A DNA stretch of 60,681 bases, counting the filler, from Nemertoderma westbladi (taxonomy: Eukaryota > Animalia > Xenacoelomorpha): NCBI GenBank assembly GCA_032718475.1. It is 3 parts of 3 records of this genome, joined end to end, with 100 filler letters (N's around TTAATTAATTAA, not from the genome) between each part and the next. Parts side by side here need not be neighbours in the genome. Positions count along the whole stretch, not along the records: positions 1 to 18,123 come from JAUCBJ010003003.1; positions 18,224 to 41,797 come from JAUCBJ010000997.1; 1 more part is not named here. One strand, written 5' to 3'. Shown piece by piece: positions 9,077-21,400 of this stretch. A program made the position numbers and the translations under genes. The notes under the pieces were generated by a model. It made no database searches. It was not told the origin of the DNA and saw only the letters and a list, made by a program, of their open reading frames with translations. Numbering within the stretch: position 1 is the first letter of the stretch; each line of letters begins with the position of its first letter.

Positions 9077-10635
9077 TCATTGAATATTGGATTTATATTT
9101 ATATTTTGATGTACTGCCCCCGAAAACCTCCCCCTCTAACCCCGCCCATGCCGATCTTAAAGAATTTGGAATTAAACCCCATGTACCCTCTGTATTTGAT
9201 TTCGTAACTAAGGACCAGAAATATGATGGCCACGCGTGTTCCCATTTTGGTTGGTGCTTTTGAAGTTGAGACACATCAATAAGATACGCCCTGCATTCTG
9301 TACATAAATGAAAAGTGCCAGTAGACGATCTACAAATTTCCCCAAAAACCCTCTTATATGTTGTCCCTGTATAGCCCCGAATTTTAACAACCATTTCAGG
9401 TACGGTAGCTCGCAAACAGTTTTCACATCTACGGACTACACCACCATCAGAGGGAAGGTCAGTGTCTGAGTCAGAATTTATTACGTTGCCAATGGATTCA
9501 CCACTGACTGACATACTATCGTCAAACCGTCCCCCCTCCGCCCCCGATTGTTCCCGTAGCCCCGATTGAAATTGTTCCCCAGACCCTAACTGTGGTCTAT
9601 CAGCCCCCCCCCCAACCCCCAAGTGCCCCCCCTCAGACCCTAATTGTTCCCCTATATGTTCATCTAGCCCAGAGTGTTCCTCAAACTCTACTTCAGAATC
9701 TTCCCAAGACCCTGCCTCTGTAATATCAGCCACTCCAATCCCCGTGTGTTCCCCATCAGCCCCCGTCAGTCCCCCCTCAGCCCCCGACTGTCCCACATCA
9801 GCCCCCCACTGTCCCCCCTCAGCTCCATACTGTCCCCACTCAGCCCCCGATTGTCCCCCCTCAGCCCCCGACTGTCCCCCTCCAAACCCCGCCCCCACAG
9901 CCCCCGACTGTGGCCCCCTTATATTTGAATTAGGAAACCCCCCACGAATTTGATTATTATTTATTAATGCAACGTAGTGTACCTGGTCGTGTATGAAACC
10001 CAAACTAATACTAATTAACCCTGACCCAATCTCCGTGTACCCCCCCACCCCAGTATCGTACACCCGAATTTGAATCCCCAAACATTGCGCTAAAATTTGT
10101 AAAGAAATATTGTCCCCCCACTCCCCCCCATCCTGCACTGAACGTACGTAAGTATTAAAATTGCCCGGAATAAAATTTTCGTACTTGGCCCTATTGTTGC
10201 TTAGATAATAGGCGACTCTAAGGCGTAAATGTTCTACAGAAAGGTTCTCACCGGTTTGTAGCAAATAAGCGAACGCAACAGTCGCGTACTGGCAATTCCC
10301 ACCGCCACCGCAATCGACGACAGTACGCGACTCCTGCGCAGCAACTCGCTGTATAGAGTTAGCGCCGGTGAGAGAAATAGCTGTAGTGTGAGGAGTAGAG
10401 ACCCAAGGATTAGAGTTAGTAGAGGTAGTCGGAGGAGTAGAGGTAAGAATCGTGGAGTAGGTTGGTTGAGTATGTTGAGGCGTAGTAGAAACCGGAGGTG
10501 GAGAGGGAGGAGCGCGTTCAGTAGGTGTAGGTAGAGACGGCGATCCGTTAGGTGGTAGAGTAGGTCGAATAGACTGGCCAAGTGACTGCGATCCGTGTGG
10601 AGATTGAGAATCTTGAGTAGTAGTGCCTGTTTTTC
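9077..10635 (-). CDS. N-terminal part of the same element: Pro/Ser/Thr-rich linker, OTU-family cysteine protease domain, Gly-rich repeats, Cys-rich domain
   Basis: The frame of ORF 9077..10264 stays open upstream to a ttacag acceptor (exon start 10635). This adds VDCGGGGNCQY, the OTU catalytic Cys loop. It is followed by LRLRVAYYL...GEWGDNISLQILAQ...VHYVAL (OTU WG and HY motifs), GGQSGAE repeats, and CENC...LCTECRAYL...WPSYFW. Confidence 0.8.
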
Positions 10636-10800
10636 CTGTAACAAATTATTGTATTTAGTTAATTATTGCCGAACTATAAGGAAGGACATTACATACTGTA
10701 AGTAAAATAGTTCGAATAAAATGTACTACAATCCATCTAATATCCCATAACAATATAACATAAAGTTGATAATAAAACTGGATATTTGATATATGCTGTA

Positions 10801-11537
10801 TGCGGACCCGTGATATTTCTGCTATTTGCAATCACCTCTACAAACACAAGCACTGAGGGGGCGTTCATAAAGTATGTCACGCAAATTTTCTTTTGAACCA
10901 TCTCCCCCCTCTACCACAACAATGTGACACGCAAACTCGACCCACACCCCCACCCCCTATGTTATATTAGGAAATTTGTAGGTCTAATACCCCCAAACAA
11001 TACCCCCCCCCCCCCCCCCCCCCCCACACAAAAAATACTTCATGTCAATAATACACAATGTTTGTTTTGACAAAATACAATATATTGAATCACTATCTAC
11101 ATTTTCCCATCGGCAAGTCAAGTGTTCATCTATATTAATAATAGGTATTACAGAGGTCAATGTCTTCTGTGTCCCCCGCAATTTATCGATTATACCCAAT
11201 GTTATTGAGTTTAGTGTTTTCCTTAAAGTTACCCACTCTTCTACACATGTGTGAAAGTCAAAGTCAAGCGAACATTAAAGTATAGAACATAGCCGTGACC
11301 GTCACAAAACTCGACCCCCCCCCCCCCCCCACCCCTCCTCCCTCTGTCACAAAATGTCCGCAAGCTCGACCACCCCCCCTCCCCAAGTGCGTGACATAAG
11401 CGATATATAGTACGGTACGTGGTATGTAGGTAGGGAAGAAGGTCGTTTATTGTTTTGGTTAGAACAGCCTGCTTCTGTAACCTGCTTATTTCTCTCAATT
11501 AAATGTTAACGAGAAAACATTAAATCACGGGTCCGCA
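10801..11537. mobile_element. MITE-like insertion with terminal inverted repeats
   Basis: TATGCGGACCCGTGAT (10799-10814) and ATCACGGGTCCGCATA (11524-11539) are perfect inverted repeats including the flanking TA. No credible ORF lies inside. Confidence 0.65.
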
Positions 11538-13271
11538 TATGTGAGATATTCCCATAAAACAACATTTATTTAAAAATTGTATCCGTATTTCAATTTGGGT
11601 TTAGGCTTACTTGTTATGTATCGTTCAAGTGAATATCCCTGCTCAAGTCAAATACTGTGCCATTTTATTTAAATGGAATAATGCATAATAATTGTAGCCG
11701 CGTACTATATTTGTAGCACTCATTCATTATGTTTATTTGTGTTGCAACTAATATTTACACAGACTGACAGATCAGCACACAAATGTTAATAACTACTTTA
11801 CACACAAATATGTAAAATATAATATAAACAAATATAAAATATAATATAAACAAAAACAAAATAAAACAACCGTTGCCCATAAACCAAGGTGACATACCAA
11901 CCGTACCAGAACCGTAATACAATCCAGAATAATCAAAACCGTAACTCATACAGCATCTCAAACCTAAACAACAACCGAAATAACGTCAGTAGGCCTATAC
12001 GTTATAAAATCGAATACTAAAACTTTATTCATAGTCTTAGTGTACCCCACAATTCTACAGAAAACTGAAATATGATAAAGTTTTATTGTACAATGCTATG
12101 TCCTATTAACCTTGTGCAGAAATGTTGCTCAAAATTCAAAATCAGAGTTAATTCATTATTAATATAGAAGAATAACCCCCCCCCCCCCCCCCTCCCCCCC
12201 ACAGAACCAAAATCTGCAAAAAAGCTGCAAGCCATCTTAGCGAACAATTATAATTATACTATGACTAGTTGTATATTAGCTTCAGACACACACACTAACA
12301 CTTTTAGTAAACGGCCATAGTACAATTATAACAGTTCGCTGATAGCTGATGGCTCGCAGTTTTGACTCGCCTGCCCAACATAACTAATGTGAGGGAGGTT
12401 CGCAATCACGATACAACTTTCTGAGTTCGCACACTAGGCAGCCGGGCAATAGCTATTAGAACCGAAACACTCAGTGCTGTCCTGTGTGCACAAAGTAAGT
12501 CCTCACATATACAGCATATATCATTATGCATCCATATATCGATTCGATATATAGCTTATATCTATTATTAATACCAAAAATCAATTTGAGGAACCAAATA
12601 TTATACTTTATTTAACAACAAAAAATTAACATATTAATTTCCTCAGAGCAGAAGGTTACAAGGTTACCGGTACTTCTTACTTTAGATCTGTAAAGTTTTC
12701 AACTCAGTTTACAGCGTCCAGACCCTCGGGAGATTTATTTAAACTCACTCTCTATGTTCGTTAATGTAACACAAACCACTCAGTTCATGAAGAGGTAAGT
12801 GCTACTTTACAAATAAACATTAAAATATTAAATACACAAACACTTAAACCTTTACAGCTTAACCAGCTTAATGCATTAACCCAACTTAAACTTATTTTTG
12901 ATATGATAGGCCTAAGTGCTTCCACCACATAATATTTTGGTTTTCGCAGTGCATGGCTTAGCAAAGTGTGCGAAATGTAATAAGAAGCAAAGTGTGAAAT
13001 GTTATGAATTAATAGACTTCCACCCTTGAGGTCATCAGTTCGATCCCACCTGGACGTCGTCAAGGCCTAATTCTATAGTTTGCTAAGTTCCCCACGAAAA
13101 TTATAATAATAAACACAACTTCAAATACAAGCCGAACCTGATCAAAAACCCAAACTAATTTAACTATAAAGTTTAAACTTAAAAGAACCTGAAGAATAAC
13201 CCAAACGATATTAAAAGACATAACAAGAGGAATTGGCCTTGGGTACACACAAAAAACTGTCCTTGTCAAAT

Positions 13272-14194
13272 GTCATAATCATTATGTCATAATGTCATAA
13301 TGATGATGGGGTGATGATAACTCCACCTACTGGCTCCAGAAGTCGAGGAAATCCTGCCAAGTACCTAACTGATCTAGACTTTGCTGATGACTTAGGAGTA
13401 CTCTCAGAATCATTAGAGGGAGCCCAGCGGCTCCTCAGCTCATTAGAACATGCTGCTTCTAGTGTTGGTCTTTTTAATAACTCCAGAAAGACCAAAATTC
13501 TGACAGTTAACTTTGAAAGTCCTCAGCAAGTCTCTGATCGGATGAGCATAAGCTCAAAGGATGGTATGCTTGAGCATGTGGACGACTTCTGTTTCCTGGG
13601 ATCATGGATCCGGAAGTCAGGTGAGGACCTTCGAATACGTAAGGGAAAGGCATGGGCAGCCTTGAATAGGCTTTCCAGGATTTGGAAGTCACCTAGAATT
13701 AATCGGATACTTAAGGTCCGATTATTTAGAGCAGCAGTAGTTCCAGTACTCCTCTACGGGAGTCCATGCTGGGCTCTAACTGCTGAGGACACCAAATCGC
13801 TGGATGGCACATTCACAAGAATGCTACGCCGGGTACATTGTGTCAAGTACAATGCACACATCTCCAACCAGACACTATATAACATTGGAGGTGTCTCATT
13901 GGTTCCCCCAAGCTTGACACTAGAACAAAATCGCCTCCGCTTTGCAGGACATTGCTTTCGCCGTGAGGACCAGCCAGTGCATAATCTTGTACTTTGGCAG
14001 CCTCATGGAGTGAATAAGCATGGTGGACAGCCCATGACTTTCTTGAGACGCATCTTAAAGGACACTGGCCTTAAAGATGCGGATGATCTAGCAAATGTCA
14101 TGGGTGATAGGGAGTTGTGGCGGTGCAATTTTGTTGACAAGCCGGCACAGCATTCTTAAAAATGCAGCTGCAATGCAGCATGCCGATCCTAGTA
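13272..14194 (+). mobile_element. 5'-truncated non-LTR retrotransposon (RTE-like LINE) encoding the C-terminal RT/thumb region (ORF 13311..14159)
   Basis: RT motif DLDFADDL, then HVDDFCFLGSWI, KVRLFRAAVVPVLLYGSPCWALT, RLRFAGHCFR and DRELWR. 13-bp TSD GTCCTTGTCAAAT at 13259-13271 and 14195-14207. Short TAGTAG-type tail. Confidence 0.9.
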
Positions 14195-14957
14195 GTCCTT
14201 GTCAAATATGCAAGAAATTTCTTGTCGAAGTATTGACTATAATATTCTTGTCAATATGACGTATATTTCTAGACACATTGACAAGAAAAATTATCATTAT
14301 AAAAATGACAAGATTGGTTTGTCAATGTAGCAAGAATCATGACAAGATATATTGTCAATATAATGTAGAAGTGTTTGATTTGTCAATTTAGCAAGAAATC
14401 TTGGCCTCATACATAGGCCACATTTCAATATATTTATTATAATGTACAACAATGTTTATACTGTTAGTAGTTAATATATTAAGCCTCACCCAGATATATT
14501 GTTATGTCCTCAGTATCAGCATCTCTGGAAAGATTATAATAGATTTAAGAACCTGCCAACATCATGGTCATTGATATTGATCATGATCAGTGCATGATCG
14601 TCAGATACTTCACAAGAAGTATCCTAAATTGTCTTTCACACATACAGTATTATGACTGTATGAAGATATTTGTTCCATTTAATAATGATACTGAATTTTT
14701 CAACGACCAAGGAAAGGAAATTCAACAGATTAATATTATAGAGATATTTTTTATTTTCTATCCAAAACATTAAAAGGTTTACTGTAGTGGCACAGTTTAG
14801 AACACCATTAGAACATAGTTTGGATGGGTTCCTGGTTTCGGAGGAAGTTCCATAACCATATCAATCATATCTGTGCATTAGGTAAATTTTCTATGCATGG
14901 GTTTATATTACTGCTGTATTGGTTCAGAGCTGTGCTGTACATTATTTGGCAGGGATA

Positions 14958-16190
14958 CTGTAAAAGCTTTTACTGAATTGTCCGGTTATTTTTCCTTATT
15001 TTTCCCGTAAAGTACTCTGTAGTTGGTTTACCAGGCATAAAAAGGCCGTGTCCTTGCTGTACTGGTGTTTTAGCGGACATAAGAGCTATTTCTTCTGTAT
15101 TTGTACTTTAGAGGACATAATCCGTAATTCCGTGACGTAAAAGCTCGATACTCTTGAAAACAGTGTCGCTACCATGACGATGGGCTAGCAGCTGATATTG
15201 CCACGTCGACGTTTCTTTGTTTCTCTGTTCTCTCGTTGTTCAGGTTGACCAATCAGAGCGTTTGTTGTCTTTGTGTTGGAGGTATATACAGAAACTCAGT
15301 AGTTCAGTGTTATGTTTTTGCCCAGAGCCTAAGAACCGGCTTTGGCACCTCCGTGTTTTAGTTTTTAGTCTTACACTAGTAGGTTTAATTATAAAGGGCA
15401 TATATCCTTTAACCTACCTGACTCATGGAATCACTGCGGACTGCTGACTGATCATACATCCTGACTGCTGAAACATTGCAAACTCATAACAATCAGTGTT
15501 CAGTTGTTGTTTTATACTGCTATTTACTGTCAGTTCTTCATAATATGGTTGATGAATTATTATATTTGGAATAACGATAAATAACCCCGAAACCCAATAT
15601 TCTTGATATACCGAAGGTAAGAGAGAAAGGTTACCAATAACGATTGTGACTTATGTTAAAGTGGTTTGAAGTGAATCTAATGTTATTTGATAGACCCTAC
15701 ATGAGTCAGCCTGTGTTCCTTTTATATGTGACTGAAATCAGTGAAGATTGGCAGATTAGTGTGCAGTATTGTGCAGCATTGCGTATGAGCGAGTCTGTTA
15801 AAGAAGCAATTCCTAAAGAATGCGCCATATATGTGAATTATAATTAAGCCATATCGTTGTGAGTAGTTTAAGTCATAACTCTGTTTATATAGATAAAGCG
15901 CCACGTCCTAAAGGAACTGTTAATATTCCCGAAGGTAAATAATATTGTTAGAGATTATATAATACTGTCAGTCGAATAATACATTAGGCTTACATAGCAA
16001 CAAAATTAAACCGTCGAACCCAATCTCCCGGGAATATCCAGCGGGTGAATGGTCGCGCACGGATTGGTTTCGACTAGTGTAGTGAATCAAATACGTGTCA
16101 TAGACTAAAAACTGATTTAATATCTAGAAGACATCTTAATTTGGTGGGTTAAACTGCCAAAGGTCTGAAAGCGCGAACATTAAAGGATAT
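14958..16190 (+). repeat. Dispersed repeat family A, copy 1 (probable non-autonomous DNA element)
   Basis: Highly similar to 40528-41797 (e.g. GTTGGTTTACCAGGCATAAAAAGGCCGTGTCCTTGCTGTACTGG and GCGCCACGTCCTAAAGGAACTGTTAATATT), with a divergent internal block. Confidence 0.9.
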
Positions 16191-16529
16191 AGCTTCTTTG
16201 TTGCAGTGAGCAATAAAGTTGAAAGTACCGGTCAACCGGTAAACCTGAACCGGTACACTCTGTAGGTCAGTAGGCCTAACTGTTCTAACCGGTACTTCAG
16301 TATAAGTACACTAGTATTATTCGATTTGATTATTGCATACCGGTAGGCTGTTTAAGGGATTAGGGATTGATCACCCCTTATACCTTTATATGGTTTACTT
16401 ATTTCTGTCAAGTTTTATTTATTTGTAGGCCAGTATTGAACAGAAGGCGTGTAAGCCTGATCAGATAGTACAGACGATTTGTAGGCTGAGCTGTTGTCTG
16501 ATTGCTGTTAAGTCCGAACGAATTGCAGT

Positions 16530-17045
16530 GTGTGTAGATCACCTGTCCGATTAAGTACGATTAGGCAGTAGGGGCAGCGAACGCTGTAAGGTAATCCCCC
16601 AACTAAAGAATAAGTCGCACTACTGGGTTAGAGCGCATACTCCCTAATCATTTCGGAGTCTGCATGTCCTGTGGTTTATTTAGGCTTGAGAGTGGTCTGC
16701 CATCGTTTAGTCTGTACTTTGTTTGTGTAAGTCTGTACGGGTAGCGTATAATTTTATTTAGATAATTTGTAGGCTGGATAGTTGTCTGGCTGTTATTAGG
16801 TCTGAACGGATTGCCGCGTGTGTAGATCATCTGTCCGATTAAGTACGATTAGGCAGTAGGGGCAGCGAACGCTGTAAGGTAATCCCCCAACTAAAGAATA
16901 AGTCGCACTACTGGGTTAGAGCGCATACTCCCTAATCATTTCGGAGTCTGCATATACCGTAGTTTGTTTAGGCTTGATAGTAGTCTGTCAGTGTTCGGTC
17001 TGTATTTTGTTTGAGTAGTTTGTACGCGTAGCGTAATATTTATTA
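16530..17045. repeat. Tandem duplication with ~288-bp period and a near-identical ~125-nt core
   Basis: CTGTCCGATTAAGTACGATTAGGCAG...CCCTAATCATTTCGGAGTCTGCAT occurs at ~16543-16665 and ~16831-16953. The trailing parts of the two copies are visibly diverged. Confidence 0.9.
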
Positions 17046-18123
17046 TTCAGAGTTTATGCGATTATCCGCAACATTCATTCCCCAAGTTTGTTCCTACAGT
17101 AATTGTGTTTGTTATACATACCGCTATAGTTAAATTAACCCCGGTACTACACGGGCTGCTCGGCGTAGGTAAAGACTGGTGATTTTGTGCATCGGTCACT
17201 CCAGCAGATGCCGTGGTTCTTTTAGCTGTTCAAGTATATTTAACTACTGATTATCTGTTGTACAAGTACTTGTACCTAATTTAGGGTTTAGTGTACAGTG
17301 CTTTCCGAAGTAATTATTGTAGACATTATATCTGTGTTGTAAAGTGGTTGATAGGCACATTCGATTAGCTCTATTAACTTCTAGGTAGGAACACTCCGTG
17401 ATACATAACGTAGAACCTATAGCGATACGGCTATAGGTCGTCAGGCGGTGGTATTTTCCTATCTAGACAACACAGTGTATTTACTACTACTTATTATTTC
17501 AAATACCGCAGTACCCTGTCCGTTGTAATAACCAGTTTTCTAACCCTTTGTTAGGCTGGTTTGTAGACTTCTTGTAAAAATACCCTAAAAATTCGTATTT
17601 GTGTTTTTGTAAATTTTTGTGTTTATTTAGAGATTGTAATCTCAACCCGAATTGTACGTAATTTGTAGTATTAAGTAACTTAGGTAAATTAGAATTATTT
17701 GTTTTAGTGTCCTATACGTAACACTTCACTAAAAGCGCACTGCTTTGTGTAGTGATTACCCCAGAAATAATAACATTTATTTCAAACATTGACTAAACCC
17801 ATTAAAACGGGTATATAAATATTATAAATCAAATCTAACGATTTATAAATCGTAGGCCTACCATACAACCATTAGGTCTCAATATCAGTTGGACTACTGC
17901 TCAAATAACGGTAATAAAGTAAGTAAGTAACCAAGTAACCCTAAAATACAGAAATTCAATTATTTGAAATAATTGATATACCGGTATTTACGATAGGCCT
18001 ATTATCTTTATTTCTATAAATTTAGGCTGAAATTATACCGGTACTTGTAATTAATTCTAGTCCAGAATTATATATACTACAAATTGTAAGCTGTATACCA
18101 GTATTTCCGATAGGCCTATTATA

Positions 18124-18223
18124 NNNNNNNNNNNNNNNNNNNNNNNNNNNNNNNNNNNNNNNNNNNNTTAATTAATTAANNNNNNNNNNNNNNNNNNNNN
18201 NNNNNNNNNNNNNNNNNNNNNNN
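18124..18223. other. Artificial assembly linker/gap (N44-TTAATTAATTAA-N44)
   Basis: Exactly 100 nt. The central 12-mer gives stops in all six frames. The same structure occurs at 41798-41897. Confidence 0.95.
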
Positions 18224-18420
18224 TGTAACCATGATATATACCGACCTGTAAAATGAATAGTCATTCATTTTATCAAAGTATTAGTGGTTAAAAAAGTCGA
18301 TTTAAATGTGCAAAGTCTCAATCGGTAGTTCTCGGTAATTTTTTAAACAATATATATTGTTTAAAAAATTACCGCTCGCTACGCTCGTACTGTAATTTCT
18401 TCCTTGGTATGTTCATTCAC

Positions 18421-21400
18421 TTCCGCAGTGCCTATCAGGGTGGATCAATCAATGCCAGTACACAGTTCCGCAGTGCCTATCAGGGTGGATCAATCAATGC
18501 CAGTACACAGTTCCGCAGTGCCTATCAGGGTGGATCAATCAATGCCAGTACACAGTTCCGCAGTGCATATCAGGGTGGATCAATCAATGCCAGTACACAG
18601 TTCCGCAGTGCATATCAGGGTGGATCAATCAATGCCAGTACACAGTTCCGCAGTGCATATCAGGGTGGATCAATCAATGCCAGTACACAGTTCCGCAGTG
18701 CATATCAGGGTGGATCAATCAATGCCAGTACACAGTTCCGCAGTGCCTATCAGGGTGGATCAATCAATGCCAGTACACAGTTCCGCAGTGCATATCAGGG
18801 TGGATCAGCCAATGCCAGTACACAGTTCCGCAGTGCATATCAGGGTGGATCAATCAATGCCAGTACACAGTTCCGCAGTGCCTATCAGGGTGGATCAATC
18901 AATGCCAGTACACAGTTCCGCAGTGCCTATCAGGGTGGATCAATCAATGCCAGTACACAGTTCCGCAGTGCATACCAGGGTGGATCAATCCATGCCAGTA
19001 CACAGTTCCGCAGTGCATATCAGGGTGGATCAATGCCAATGCCAGTACACAGTTCCGCAGTGCATATCAGGGTGGATCAGCCAATGCCAGTACACAGTTC
19101 CGCAGTGCATATCAGGGTGGATCAATCAATGCCAGTACACAGTTCCGCAGTGCATATCAGGGTGGATCAATCAATGTCAGTACACAGTTCCGCAGTGCCT
19201 ATCAGGGTGGATCAATCAATGCCAGTACACAGTTCCGCAGTGCATATCAGGGTGGATCAGCCAATGCCAGTACACAGTTCCGCAGTGCCTATCAGGGTGG
19301 ATCAATCAATGCCAGTACACAGTTCCGCAGTGCATATCAGGGTGGATCAGCCAATGCCAGTACACAGTTCCGCAGTGCATATCAGGGTGGATCAGCCAAT
19401 GCCAGTACACAGTTCCGCAGTGCATATCAGGGTGGATCAATCAATGCCAGTACACAGTTCCGCAGTGCATATCAGGGTGGATCAATCAATGCCAGTACAC
19501 AGTTCCGCAGTGCATATCAGGGTGGATCAATCAATGCCAGTACACAGTTCCGCAGTGCATATCAGGGTGGATCAGCCAATGCCAGTACACAGTTCCGCAG
19601 TGCATATCAGGGTGGATCAATCAATGCCAGTACACAGTTCCGCAGTGCCTATCAGGGTGGATCAATCAATGCCAGTACACAGTTCCGCAGTGCATACAGG
19701 GTGGATCAATCAATGCCAGTACACAGTTCCCGCATATCAGGGTGGATCAGCCAATGCCAGTACACAGTTCCACAGTGCATATCAGGGTGGATCAATCAAT
19801 GCCAGTACACAGTTCCGCAGTGCATATCAGGGTGGATCAGCCAATGCCAGTACACAGTTCCGCAGTGCATATCAGGGTGGATCAATCAATGTCAGTACAC
19901 AGTTCCGCAGTGCATACCATAGGGTGGATCAGCCAATGCCAGTACACAGTTCCGCAGTGCATATCAGGGTGGATCAATCAATGTCAGTACACAGTTCCGC
20001 AGTGCATATCAGGGTGGATCAGCCAATGCCAGTACACAGTTCCGCAGTGCCTATCAGGGTGGATCAATCAACGTCAGTACACAGTTCCGCAGTGCCTATC
20101 AGGGTGGATCAATCAATGCCAGTACACAGTTCCGCAGTGCATAACAGGGTGGATCTGCCAATGCCAGTACACAGTTCCGCAGTGCATATCAGGGTGGATC
20201 AATCAATGCCAGTACACAGTTCCGCAGTGCATATCAGGGTGGATCAATCAATGTCAGTACACAGTTCCGCAGTGCATACCATAGGGTGGATCAGCCAATG
20301 CCAGTACACAGTTCCGCAGTGCATATCAGGGTGGATCAATCAATGTCAGTACACAGTTCCGCAGTGCATATCAGGGTGGATCAGCCAATGCCAGTACACA
20401 GTTCCGCAGTGCCTATCAGGGTGGATCAATCAACGTCAGTACACAGTTCCGCAGTGCCTATCATGGTGGATCAATCACTGCCAGTACACAGTTCCGCAGT
20501 GCCTATCAGGGTGGATCAATCAATGCCAGTACACAGTTCCGCAGTGCATACCAGGGTGGATCAATCAATGCCAGTACACAGTTCCGCAGTGCCTATCAGG
20601 GTGGATCAATCACTGCCAGTACACAGTTCCGCAGTGCCTATCAGGGTGGATCAATCAATGCCAGTACACAGTTCCGCAGTGCCTATCAGGGTGGATCAAT
20701 CAATGCCAGTACACAGTTCCGCAGTGCATATCAGGGTGGATCAATCAATGTCAGTACACAGTTCCGCAGTGCATATCAGGGTGGATCAGCCAATGCCAGT
20801 ACACAGTTCCGCAGTGCCTATCAGGGTGGATCAATCAACGTCAGTACACAGTTCCGCAGTGCCTATCAGGGTGGATCAATCACTGCCAGTACACAGTTCC
20901 GCAGTGCATACCAGGGTGGATCAATCAATGTCAGTACACAGTTCCGCAGTGCATATCAGGGTGGATCAATCAATGTCAGTACACAGTTCCGCAGTGCATA
21001 CCATAGGGTGGATCAGCCAATGCCAGTACACAGTTCCGCAGTGCATATCAGGGTGGATCAATCAATGTCAGTACACAGTTCCGCAGTGCATATCAGGGTG
21101 GATCAATCAATGCCAGTACACAGTTCCGCAGTGCCTATCAGGGTGGATAAATCAATGCCAGTACACAGTTCCGCAGTGCCTATCAGGGTGGATCAATCAA
21201 CGTCAGTACACAGTTCCGCAGTGCCTATCAGGGTGGATCAATCACTGCCAGTACACAGTTCCGCAGTGCCTATCAGGGTGGATCAATCAATGCCAGTACA
21301 CAGTTCCGCAGTGCATACCAGGGTGGATCAGCCAATGCCAGTACACAGTTCCGCAGTGCATATCAGGGTGGATCAGCCAATGCCAGTACACAGTTCCACA

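Larger units (their letters stand above)
885..10635 (-). mobile_element. Divergent Helitron/Helentron-like rolling-circle element (minimum extent; termini not defined)
   Basis: OTU + HUH Rep + PIF1 helicase coding capacity, with downstream repeats and hairpins. I could not identify canonical TC/CTRR ends or subTIRs. Confidence 0.7.

Noticed and set aside
10234-10644. 136-aa Leu-rich ORF
   Set aside because: Alternative frame of the Pro/Ser/Thr-rich OTU exon. The other frame carries the OTU catalytic motif.
12945-13065. Possible tRNA (GGTCATCAGTTCGATCCCACC B-box/T-arm-like)
   Set aside because: No cloverleaf or properly spaced A-box. At best a SINE remnant.
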